A DNA stretch of 18,326 nt from an uncultured Methanosarcinales archaeon (GTDB lineage Archaea > Nanobdellota > Nanobdellia > Woesearchaeales > ARS49), in assembly GCA_964637115.1 (NCBI GenBank), contig CAZWVL010000014.1, forward strand, positions 1 through 18,326, in the 5' to 3' direction. The position numbers and the translations under genes were made by a program. Of the stretch, positions 1 through 7,802 are shown piece by piece. The notes under the pieces were generated by a model. That model saw only the letters and a program-made list of their open reading frames with translations, did not search any database and had not been told where the DNA came from. How positions within the stretch are numbered: position 1 is the stretch's first letter; each line of letters begins with the position of its first letter.

Positions 1-1113
1 ATGTCAATGAAGAAACAGGTTGAGGCGCTTTTCTCAAAAGCGGATGTACAGATCAATGGTAAACGACCCTGGGACATAAAAGTTCACGACGAACGATTTT
101 ACCAAAGAGTTCTATCAGACGGCCAGCTTGGAGTTGGAGAATCTTACATGGACGGCTGGTGGGATTGCGATGATATGCCTGAAATGTCGTTCCGCGTCTA
201 TCGCGCAGGCCTGGAAACTCAAATCAAGCCAACCTGGGGATTGGGGCTCGCTATGCTTGAAGCAAAATTCCTGAATTTACAAACAAAATCGCGAGCAAGC
301 AAAGACGTACAATACCACTACAACATTGGCAACGACTTGTACAAGGCGATGCTGGACAAAAGAATGGTATACACCTGCGGATACTGGAAAAACGCCAAGA
401 ATTTGAATGAAGCGCAGGAAGCAAAACTGGATTTAGTATGCAAAAAGATTGGATTAAAGAAAGGAGACAAAGTCTTAGACATCGGCTGCGGCTGGGGAAG
501 CTTTGCAAAATACGCTGCCGAGAAGTATGGCGCTCACGTCGTGGGCATAACTATCGCAAAAGAACAAGTTGAGCTTGCACGCGAGCTGTGCAAAGGACTA
601 CCGGTTGAAATAAGACTGCAGGACTATCGAGAAATCAACGAGAAATTCGACCACATAATCTCTTTAGGCATGTTTGAGCACGTTGGCTACAAAAACTTCA
701 GAGAATACATGAAAGTGGTGCACAGATGCCTGAAAGACGACGGACTATTTCTGCTGCACACGATTGCAAGCCACGTGACAATAAAACGCGCAACACCGTG
801 GGTTGACAAGTACATCTTCCCAGGCGCGGTAATTCCATCAATTACGCAAATGGGCCAAGCAATAGAAGGATTATTTGTCATGGAAGACTGGCACAACTTC
901 GGCAGCTATTACGCTAACACAACCCTTGCCTGGTGGAACAACTTCAACAAGGCATGGCCAAAATTACAGGATAAGTACGGAGAAAGATTTTACCGAATGT
1001 GGAAATTCTATTTGCTAATGGGCAGCGGCATTGCAAAAGCAAGAGGAGTGGGGCTCTGGCAAATTGTTCTGTCAAAGAAAGGCGTACTTGGCGGGTATAA
1101 TTCAATAAGATAA
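1..1113 (+). CDS. cfa: Cyclopropane-fatty-acyl-phospholipid synthase (bacterial-type, SAM-dependent)
   Basis: 370 aa. Motifs HYNIGNDLY..MLD.RMVYTCGYW, SAM-binding LDIGCGWG, SLGMFEHVG, LHTI, KYIFPG, F.RMWKFYL and C-terminal WQIVLS match the Cfa family. The ORF starts at base 1, so the upstream context is not visible. Confidence 0.92.
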   Translation: MSMKKQVEALFSKADVQINGKRPWDIKVHDERFYQRVLSDGQLGVGESYMDGWWDCDDMPEMSFRVYRAGLETQIKPTWGLGLAMLEAKFLNLQTKSRASKDVQYHYNIGNDLYKAMLDKRMVYTCGYWKNAKNLNEAQEAKLDLVCKKIGLKKGDKVLDIGCGWGSFAKYAAEKYGAHVVGITIAKEQVELARELCKGLPVEIRLQDYREINEKFDHIISLGMFEHVGYKNFREYMKVVHRCLKDDGLFLLHTIASHVTIKRATPWVDKYIFPGAVIPSITQMGQAIEGLFVMEDWHNFGSYYANTTLAWWNNFNKAWPKLQDKYGERFYRMWKFYLLMGSGIAKARGVGLWQIVLSKKGVLGGYNSIR

Positions 1114-1133
1114 CAGTATTGTATGTACACAAT

Positions 1134-1141
1134 CTTAATAA
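1134..1141 (+). promoter_or_regulatory. Putative TATA box (CTTAATAA) for the ATG at 1165
   Basis: The box ends 24 nt before ATG 1165, the same spacing seen at most genes in the window. Confidence 0.5.
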
Positions 1142-1164
1142 TTCTAAGTGTGAGCTATCAATAC

Positions 1165-1446
1165 ATGAGCGAAAAAATTGCTTTCGGCATTGTTGCAACG
1201 GTTCTTGCAGTCAGCATAATCGGAATTGTGCAATTCAATGACGAAACAACCGGAGCAGCACTGCTTGAAAGAGCACAATGCTGCTGCGAACTCACAAGAT
1301 ATGATTTCTACGGACAAGCTATAGGAACAGAAGTACACCCAGTAAGACCAAAAAGCCGGGCAACACTAACTGAAGCAGGATGCGAAGTACAGTGCGACAG
1401 AATGTACACACACAAATACACTGACGTGACAGGAAGTCCGTGCTAG
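1165..1446 (+). CDS. Small exported or membrane-anchored Cys-rich hypothetical protein (93 aa)
   Basis: Start moved from 1123 to ATG 1165 on promoter spacing. N-terminal hydrophobic helix IAFGIVATVLAVSIIGIV, then a TTGAA motif and 6 Cys (CCC, C-x3-C, terminal C). Confidence 0.7.
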   Translation: MSEKIAFGIVATVLAVSIIGIVQFNDETTGAALLERAQCCCELTRYDFYGQAIGTEVHPVRPKSRATLTEAGCEVQCDRMYTHKYTDVTGSPC

Positions 1447-1458
1447 GTTTTTAGCAAG

Positions 1459-1466
1459 TTTTAAAT
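1459..1466 (+). promoter_or_regulatory. Putative TATA box (TTTTAAAT), leaderless gene
   Basis: Ends 24 nt before ATG 1490. Confidence 0.6.
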
Positions 1467-1489
1467 GCCGTATTTCTAGCATCAACACA

Positions 1490-2158
1490 ATGAATTGGGA
1501 GAAAAAACTACTGGTCACAACAATATCCCTAACACTTGCACTCATCCCTCTGTATTTTTTGGGAATTTACCTCAACAAAACATTGGACATACAAATATTC
1601 TCCACGTTACTTAATTTGGACGGAGAAAACAACCTGGTATCATGGTATACAAGCATTCTTCTCTTCTCTTCATTTCTTTGCCTATTTGCACTTTCACGCA
1701 CAACAAAGAACAGACAAGAAAAGTTCGCATGGCTCAGTCTGTCTGCCATCTTCCTGCTTCTTTCAATTGACGAAATAGCGGAAATACATCACATAGCAGG
1801 GCACTTACTTGGCAAGCTAATGAGCAAACCGCTCTTTCAGGTTGAAACCCTCTCGTATGCCTGGGTCATTGTGGGGCTTCCAGCAGCAATAATAATTTTC
1901 TTGATTTGGAAAAAAGCATTGCAACACGCAATGCCTCGAAAAGCAAAATATGCAGCGCTGCTGGGATTGGTTTGCCTCATCATTGCAATGCTCGGAGAAA
2001 TTTTGGCATTATTCTTGTCCGCAAAAGGGATTTACGGAACATCTGCAGTTACAACCATAGAAATAATAATTGAAGAAACATTTGAACTCTTTGGCGTAAT
2101 ACTTTTCCTGTACTCATTCCTTTTCACACTTAAAAGAAAAACTACACTGAATATTTGA
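1490..2158 (+). CDS. Multi-pass membrane protein of unknown function (about 6 TM)
   Basis: 222 aa with alternating hydrophobic segments. Polar motifs lie at or in the helices: DGENNLVSWY, SIDEIAEIHH, IEETFEL. Confidence 0.75.
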   Translation: MNWEKKLLVTTISLTLALIPLYFLGIYLNKTLDIQIFSTLLNLDGENNLVSWYTSILLFSSFLCLFALSRTTKNRQEKFAWLSLSAIFLLLSIDEIAEIHHIAGHLLGKLMSKPLFQVETLSYAWVIVGLPAAIIIFLIWKKALQHAMPRKAKYAALLGLVCLIIAMLGEILALFLSAKGIYGTSAVTTIEIIIEETFELFGVILFLYSFLFTLKRKTTLNI

Positions 2159-2183
2159 TTCGACTGGCAGGCTTCACGGAACC

Positions 2184-2191
2184 TTTAAAAA
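2184..2191 (+). promoter_or_regulatory. TATA box (TTTAAAAA) with upstream BRE-like CGGAA
   Basis: Ends 23 nt before the ABCE1 ATG at 2214. Confidence 0.65.
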
Positions 2192-2213
2192 CCCACTTCT
2201 CAGAGAATAATGC

Positions 2214-3971
2214 ATGCCACGCATAGCAATAGTGCGAAAAGACCGGTGCAACCCGCAGGGATGCGGAGGCTATCTCTGTGCAAGAGTATGTCCGGTCAAC
2301 ATGGAAGGACAAGATTGCATAGTTCCAGCGCCGACAGGAGACAAAAAGCCGATCATTGATGAGCATTTGTGCACAGGGTGCGGAATTTGTCCCAACAGAT
2401 GTCCGTTTGGCGCGATTGACATTATCAACTTGCCAGAACAGCTTGAGAATCCCATTCACAGATATGGACGAAATGGATTTCACCTGTATTCACTGCCAAC
2501 GCCGCTCTTTGGACAAGTGGTTGGAATAGTTGGAAGAAACGGAATAGGAAAATCAACAGCAATAAAGATTCTTGCAGGCGCTTTAAAGCCGAACCTTGGA
2601 GGAGAAAAAGAAGTAGAATGGAGCGAGTTGGTGAAGTTCTTCAAAGGCAAAGAAGCACAAACATATTTCGAATCAGTCAGAGACGGCAAGATTAAGGTTG
2701 CATACAAACCGCAACACGTTGAGTTCATCGCGCAAACACAGAAAGGAAAAGTGGGAGAATTGTTGCGAAAAGTTGATGAAAGAAAAAAGTTTGACGAAGT
2801 GGTTGATGCGCTACAATTAAGGGATGTTCTTGACAGAGATGTAAGTCAGGTTTCTGGAGGAGAACTGCAAAGAACAGCCATAGCTGCAACTGTATTACGG
2901 CAGGCAAACTTTTACATCTTCGATGAGCCTAGTTCGTATCTTGACATCAAGCAGAGAATTCTAGTAAGCAAGTTCATCAAATCGCTTGCAAATGAAAATA
3001 CAGCAGTGCTTGTAGTAGAACACGATTTAATAATACTGGATTACATGACCGATTTATTGCACATAATGTACGGAAAAGAAGGAGCATATGGAATTGTGAG
3101 TCTGCCAAAGCCAACAAGAACAGGAATGAACATCTATCTGGAAGGATTCATACGCGATGAAAATATGCGCTTCAGAGACCATGAGATAAAATTCTTTTCA
3201 AGACCGCCGCCAAAAGCAATCAGCAGGGTTACAATGACGACGTGGGGAGCGATTGACAAGAAATTAGGAGACTTTCACTTACACGCGCATGAAGGCACAA
3301 TTGGAAGAAACCAGATAATAGGCATATTAGGAGAGAATGGAATAGGCAAGACAACCTTTGTCAAGATTCTCGCTGGCGTGATTAAGCCGGATTCAGGAGA
3401 AGTGGATACAAAAATAAAAGTTGCATACAAGCCGCAATATCTGGAAGGCGGAAGCGATGTGCTTGTAATGACATTGCTCAAGGATGCAGCATCAAAGTAC
3501 AGGAATCAACTGATTGTGCCGCTGGAAATTGATACGCTGCTATTGAAGCCGTTGAACACTTTATCGGGTGGAGAATTACAGAGAGTTGCCATAGCACATT
3601 GTTTGTCTCAGCCAGCGGACTTGTATCTTTTGGATGAGCCGAGTGCATATTTGGATATTGAACAGAGATTGGCATTTAGTAAAGTTATTCGCGATATTGC
3701 AGAACAAAGAGGAGTAAGCATACTGATTGTAGACCACGATTTGCTATTTATCGATTATCTTGCTGATAAATTAATAGTATTTGACGGCAAACCGGCACAT
3801 GAAGGTGTTGTTGAAGGACCATTCTCAATGGAACAAGGAATGAACGAATTCTTGACAGATTTGAAAATAACAATGAGACGAGACAAAGAAAGCAACAGGC
3901 CAAGAATCAACAAGCCAGACAGCAGACTGGACAGAGAACAACGGGAAGCTAACAAGCTGTATTACACTTAA
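2214..3971 (+). CDS. rli: ABCE1/RLI ribosome recycling ATPase with N-terminal Fe-S domain
   Basis: Two Cys clusters (CNPQGCGGYLCARVCP, CTGCGICPNRCP), two Walker A motifs (GRNGIGKS, GENGIGKT), two signatures (SGGELQR) and two Walker B motifs (FDEPS, LDEPS). Confidence 0.97.
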   Translation: MPRIAIVRKDRCNPQGCGGYLCARVCPVNMEGQDCIVPAPTGDKKPIIDEHLCTGCGICPNRCPFGAIDIINLPEQLENPIHRYGRNGFHLYSLPTPLFGQVVGIVGRNGIGKSTAIKILAGALKPNLGGEKEVEWSELVKFFKGKEAQTYFESVRDGKIKVAYKPQHVEFIAQTQKGKVGELLRKVDERKKFDEVVDALQLRDVLDRDVSQVSGGELQRTAIAATVLRQANFYIFDEPSSYLDIKQRILVSKFIKSLANENTAVLVVEHDLIILDYMTDLLHIMYGKEGAYGIVSLPKPTRTGMNIYLEGFIRDENMRFRDHEIKFFSRPPPKAISRVTMTTWGAIDKKLGDFHLHAHEGTIGRNQIIGILGENGIGKTTFVKILAGVIKPDSGEVDTKIKVAYKPQYLEGGSDVLVMTLLKDAASKYRNQLIVPLEIDTLLLKPLNTLSGGELQRVAIAHCLSQPADLYLLDEPSAYLDIEQRLAFSKVIRDIAEQRGVSILIVDHDLLFIDYLADKLIVFDGKPAHEGVVEGPFSMEQGMNEFLTDLKITMRRDKESNRPRINKPDSRLDREQREANKLYYT

Positions 3972-4540
3972 GCACGGCCTCTGCTTTCTCCTTTTACGAT
4001 GCCGGCTGCAATAATGTGGGCCATACGCAGAGGCTCAGGAATGTATGAATGAATTGTTGTCAGGTTCATAAACTGCTTTGTTCTTTCCAAATCAATACTG
4101 ATATGCTGCACATAGACTTTGCCGATTTTTATTGGAAGTGGCAATTGGGTGATAAGCTTGACCTTCTTTTCCATTCCCAGATTGACTAATGTTGTTAGGA
4201 TTTTGGGAATATCTGGATTTTGGCGAGTAACAGCAATGACTGGAAGCTTTGTGAGCTTTGACAATTTTGGCAAGTCAATGATGTTAAAGCCGCCGACGCC
4301 AATACCGTTCAGAAAAATAACGCGCAACTGGCTCTTGAATTTGGACTTGTTAATCATTCTTGCAATGTTTTTCGTGCTGTCAGAACCGTCAACTTTTGCA
4401 ATGGTTGAGACAACACCATCCATATAGTCGCCTCCCCGGTAAATTGTGCCGACAACAAGAACTGTTCCTTTCCTGAACTTGAAAAACGGACCATCGTCAA
4501 TGCCGATGATGCGAACCTCTCTCCGCAAATGCTGACGCAT
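3968..4540 (-). CDS. DUF99 (endonuclease V-like fold) family protein, 190 aa
   Basis: Motifs RIIGIDDGPF, DGSDST, GIGVGGFNIID, IPEPLRMAH and C-terminal GESRGRA. Start moved from 4657 to ATG 4540: homology begins there and a CTTAAATG box lies 23 nt upstream. Overlaps the ABCE1 stop by 4 bp (TTAA). Confidence 0.88.
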   Translation of the reverse strand: MRQHLRREVRIIGIDDGPFFKFRKGTVLVVGTIYRGGDYMDGVVSTIAKVDGSDSTKNIARMINKSKFKSQLRVIFLNGIGVGGFNIIDLPKLSKLTKLPVIAVTRQNPDIPKILTTLVNLGMEKKVKLITQLPLPIKIGKVYVQHISIDLERTKQFMNLTTIHSYIPEPLRMAHIIAAGIVKGESRGRA

Positions 4541-4562
4541 GCACAAGTCAATTGAAAATGAG

Positions 4563-4570
4563 CATTTAAG
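4563..4570 (-). promoter_or_regulatory. Putative TATA box (CTTAAATG) for DUF99
   Basis: Ends 23 nt before ATG 4540 on the minus strand. Confidence 0.55.
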
Positions 4571-4656
4571 CATTGCGGCTCGCTGCACTCGAAAACGCTC
4601 CTCACAGTGCGCTCCTGACTCCGTCATGTCGCGCTTGTTCGTCGAGACTAATAACA

Positions 4657-4665
4657 TTTTTATAA
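4657..4665 (+). promoter_or_regulatory. Putative TATA box (TTTTTATAA)
   Basis: Ends 22 nt before ATG 4687. Confidence 0.6.
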
Positions 4666-4686
4666 TGAGCAGGATGAGGATTGCGC

Positions 4687-6327
4687 ATGTCTATTGAAAA
4701 AGAGGTCTTTGAACTCTGGAAAGAAATAAGCCCTGAAAGTGCGTTTGGCAGTGGATTGAAAGAATATGCAGGACAATTGTGGATACCTTCTCATGCCAAT
4801 GTTAAAAAGGCATTGACGAAAATAGAAAAACTGCACAAGAAAGCAGATCCGGTTGTCAAAAAGTTTCTTGCTGCAATGAGAAGAGATTTGCTCATAGAAG
4901 AGCCGCAGGACCCGCCAGGAGCATTGCTCAGCGTATTTTTTACACATTTGATAGTTGAAGGTGTAAATGAAAAGCACTTGATATCATTAGCAGAACAGAG
5001 CCTGAACTTCTTAGGCGTGCAGGAAGACTTATGGGACAAAAAATGGCCGATAGAATTACAAATTTTTACGGCGCAAGAATGTGATGGGGCACGAGCAATC
5101 ATTGAGACAATCAAGAAAAAATGCAAGAAAAAAGAGACAAAAGACGCGCTGATGGCAGTACAGAAACGGCTGGATATATGGAAACACAATGTTTCCACGA
5201 TTACACTCAAGAAAAACGATTTCACTGAGACGTATCCTATTCTCAAGAAGAAATCAAAAGGGCTTGGAAGAAAGGGCTATTATCGAGCAGTACTGAAAGA
5301 CGAATACGACTATATTGAGACCCCTGATGAAATAGAACGACTTGCTGAATCCTGGATTGATAGAGAACTGCCAGGATTCAAAAAGCTTATGAAAAAAATC
5401 GCGAAAAGATACAAATGCAAGGCAACAGTAGAAGACATTGAGAAAGCGCTTGATAAGCATCAAAAAGTACCACCGCAAAAACTCCTGAAGGTTATTGCAG
5501 GATTAAGAAAAGCATTACAACAGCTTGCTAGCAAAGAATGGGTAGAGATAACGTCCAAGTATGACGTGCGAGTAATAGAAACGCCGCCTTACCTGGTACC
5601 ATTTTTGCCAACAGCAGCAATGCAGACATTCAACAGCTTAACGAAAAAACCATTTTGTTTGTTCTTTGCGACAACAGACGCAAAAGCAAGCCCGAGCAGC
5701 TCACTGCCGGATGTCGCGCAAACAACGATTCACGAGGAATATGGACATTGTGTAAACTTTTTGAACAGCTATGCAGGCGTTGTTGGCAAGCCAAGATTGA
5801 CAGAAATACTAGGCTCTAGTTTGGATACGCCAATAACAGAAGGAATATCATTTTTCAGAGAACTGGAGTCCATAAGAACATTTGACAGAATGCTCCATCG
5901 AGGAGCGCATAACTCAATTGAAAGAAGAGTGATAAGAGAGATTGAAAAATACGTTCCATTTGAAGAATTTGCAGACGGAGTGTTCTTTGTGGTAATGCAA
6001 TGGAGAATGGTCAGATTTTTGAGAGCAGTCAGCGATGTCAGGCTGAACTTGGAGAAACAGACATTCTCCCAATTTATTGAATGGGCGCACAAGAAAACAG
6101 GATTAAGCAAGAAACTAATATTCGACCAGACATTCCACTTCCAAGAAAATCCAGGATACGCACCATGCTACAGCGTATTTGGACAAAGATTAAGAGAAAT
6201 GCAAGCAGATGCAATGAAGAAAGGAATTTCACAGAAAAAATTCAATACTTACGTGGCAAGTATTGGATTTCCTGCAAGAAGCATATTTGAGAAGAGAGTT
6301 AGGCAGAAATTTTCCTTACAAAAGTAA
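4687..6327 (+). CDS. Putative zinc metallopeptidase, DUF885-like / HExxGH (M49-type motif), 546 aa
   Basis: TIHEEYGH at 5731-5748, downstream ITEGISFFRE (compare DUF885 EGWALYAE) and NPGYAPCY (compare DUF885 PGQAxxY). No signal peptide. ATG 4687 preferred over TTG 4681. Confidence 0.62.
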   Translation: MSIEKEVFELWKEISPESAFGSGLKEYAGQLWIPSHANVKKALTKIEKLHKKADPVVKKFLAAMRRDLLIEEPQDPPGALLSVFFTHLIVEGVNEKHLISLAEQSLNFLGVQEDLWDKKWPIELQIFTAQECDGARAIIETIKKKCKKKETKDALMAVQKRLDIWKHNVSTITLKKNDFTETYPILKKKSKGLGRKGYYRAVLKDEYDYIETPDEIERLAESWIDRELPGFKKLMKKIAKRYKCKATVEDIEKALDKHQKVPPQKLLKVIAGLRKALQQLASKEWVEITSKYDVRVIETPPYLVPFLPTAAMQTFNSLTKKPFCLFFATTDAKASPSSSLPDVAQTTIHEEYGHCVNFLNSYAGVVGKPRLTEILGSSLDTPITEGISFFRELESIRTFDRMLHRGAHNSIERRVIREIEKYVPFEEFADGVFFVVMQWRMVRFLRAVSDVRLNLEKQTFSQFIEWAHKKTGLSKKLIFDQTFHFQENPGYAPCYSVFGQRLREMQADAMKKGISQKKFNTYVASIGFPARSIFEKRVRQKFSLQK

Positions 6328-7072
6328 TAAAACCACTGTGGCCGATGTCAGTGCCTTTTGGATGGACAATCCTGCCTTTAACTTTCCACAAGCGCTCGAT
6401 GATTTCTATTGTTTTCGTATGCAAGAGGTTGTCATACTTCTGAACTTCGTTCACAAATTCCTGCACTTGAGTTGTGTTAGGAGAATAGTTCACCATAAAA
6501 CCGCCAATTTTCAAAGCTTTGGCAGCGTGCTTGATAACGTGCCAGGGCTCTGGAACGTCAATTGTGACGATATCAACGTCTTTTTCATCAATGCCTTCGT
6601 ATAAGCTCTTTTTCTTAATTGTAATATTAGTGATGCCCAGTGCTTTGAGGTTTTCTTCAGCTGTTTTGATGCAGTCATCACGAATTTCATAGGCAGTAAT
6701 GTGTTTTGCAATGTGAGCTAATGCGCCAGTCAATGCGCCACTACCGATGCCGCCGTCGACCACAATCGAGTCTTTATTCAGGCCGGTTTCAGCAATTATG
6801 ATTCCAATGTCTTTCAATGGAACCGTCTGCGGCAATTTTCTTAAGCGCTTGAAAATATCAATGTAAGAAGCGTCCAAAATAACGAATTCCTTGTCCATAT
6901 CAGTCTTGATAATGCTGCCAGAAGGTTTGGAAAGGTCTTTCTGTGATACTGTGCCGTAAAGAGTTTGCACGTCTTTGGAAAGGTCAGTTACGAAATAGGT
7001 CTTGGCTTTGGCTACAACGAATTCTCTGCCATCGACCACTTCACGCTTTTCCTTATGGATTAAGAGCTTCAT
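6299..7072 (-). CDS. trmI: tRNA (adenine-N1, m1A57/58) methyltransferase
   Basis: KLPQTVPLKDIGIIIAETG, SAM motif DGGIGSGALT, YEIRDD, DVPEPW, YSP...QV and C-terminal GHSGFITFVRK. Overlaps the convergent upstream ORF by 29 bp. Confidence 0.9.
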   Translation of the reverse strand: MKLLIHKEKREVVDGREFVVAKAKTYFVTDLSKDVQTLYGTVSQKDLSKPSGSIIKTDMDKEFVILDASYIDIFKRLRKLPQTVPLKDIGIIIAETGLNKDSIVVDGGIGSGALTGALAHIAKHITAYEIRDDCIKTAEENLKALGITNITIKKKSLYEGIDEKDVDIVTIDVPEPWHVIKHAAKALKIGGFMVNYSPNTTQVQEFVNEVQKYDNLLHTKTIEIIERLWKVKGRIVHPKGTDIGHSGFITFVRKISA

Positions 7073-7094
7073 ACTAAGAAATCGACGATAACGG

Positions 7095-7102
7095 TTTAAA
7101 AA
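7095..7102 (-). promoter_or_regulatory. TATA box (TTTTTAAA) for trmI
   Basis: Ends 23 nt before ATG 7072. Confidence 0.65.
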
Positions 7103-7110
7103 GTTAATGG

Positions 7111-7138
7111 AAAAAAGAGAAAAAAATGAATAAAAAAA
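7111..7138 (-). terminator. Oligo(T) terminator after DoxX
   Basis: The minus strand reads TTTTTTTATTCATTTTTTTCTCTTTTTT immediately after the stop codon. Confidence 0.7.
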
Positions 7139-7579
7139 TTATCGCTTCTTTTTCACGCACTGCTTGCAGCCAGAGAAAGCCAAGCTCATTAATCCAATGA
7201 AGTAAGCGAAGTTCACTGCGGTGTTGCCGCCGCCAGTGTTCATCACCAAGATTTCTCTCACTGTGCCAACCATGTTTCCTGCTGCGCCAAGCTTAAACGT
7301 CTTGACAAAGGCAATCAAGATGAAAACTGCCAAAATTACAGCTGCACACGATGCGTGCCAGTTGAACAACAATGCAAGACCGCCAAGCAATTCAATTGCG
7401 ATTGCCAAATACAGCAATGCCGGACCTGCGCCGCCGAACAATTGGGTGAACATGCCCTTAGCCATCTCCAAACCCATTATCTTGTCCAAAGCTGCCACGA
7501 TAAAGGCAATGCCAAAGCCAAGTCTCAAAATTGCAGAAGCCCACTCAGGGTGCTCGTTAAAAAATTTCATTCCTGCCAT
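7139..7579 (-). CDS. DoxX family membrane protein
   Basis: 146 aa, about 4 TM, with LRLGFGIAF...DK and IELLGGLALL motifs. SD-like GGAGGATGA lies upstream (GGAGG at 7587-7591) and a TTTTAAA box at 7624-7630. Confidence 0.85.
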   Translation of the reverse strand: MAGMKFFNEHPEWASAILRLGFGIAFIVAALDKIMGLEMAKGMFTQLFGGAGPALLYLAIAIELLGGLALLFNWHASCAAVILAVFILIAFVKTFKLGAAGNMVGTVREILVMNTGGGNTAVNFAYFIGLMSLAFSGCKQCVKKKR

Positions 7580-7650
7580 AACTCATCCTCCTTAATGATT
7601 TTAAGAGAATAAAGCAAAGGAGGTTTAAAAGGGTTTTCCCAAATTGAGCA

Positions 7651-7723
7651 AGGCGAGGGAGGGACTCGAACCCCCGAATCGCAGGGTTGCAGCCTGCTGC
7701 CTTTGCCGCTTGGCTACCTCGCC
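7651..7723 (-). tRNA. tRNA-Cys (GCA), intronless, CCA not encoded
   Basis: GGCGAGG-TA-GCCAAGCGGCAAAGGC-A-GCAGG-CTGCAAC-CCTGC-GATTC-GGGGG-TTCGAGT-CCCTC-CCTCGCC-T forms a complete 73-nt cloverleaf with a U73 discriminator. Confidence 0.97.
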
Positions 7724-7748
7724 GATATCATTTTCCCCTTCACGGCGG

Positions 7749-7780
7749 TATATATAACTTTTGGCAGTAACCTTTTTAAA
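7749..7780. promoter_or_regulatory. Back-to-back TATA boxes for tRNA-Cys (minus, TTATATATA 7757-7749) and leuS (plus, TTTTTAAA 7773-7780)
   Basis: The boxes end 26 nt before the tRNA 5' end and 23 nt before ATG 7803. Confidence 0.65.
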
Positions 7781-7802
7781 AACGGCACAGTCAAAAGAAG
7801 CT

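Noticed and set aside
4290-4320. Asn in DUF99 FLNGI as an inactivated EndoV catalytic Asp
   Set aside because: As I recall, this position varies among DUF99 members, so no pseudo-enzyme claim can be supported.
4541-4657. 39-aa N-terminal extension of DUF99 in the ORF track
   Set aside because: It has no family similarity, would run into the divergent promoter, and a TATA box fits ATG 4540.
7651-7723. tRNA-Cys as an integration (att) site, or carrying an intron
   Set aside because: I saw no duplicate of its 3' end, no integrase or mobile genes in the window, and no bulge-helix-bulge insertion.
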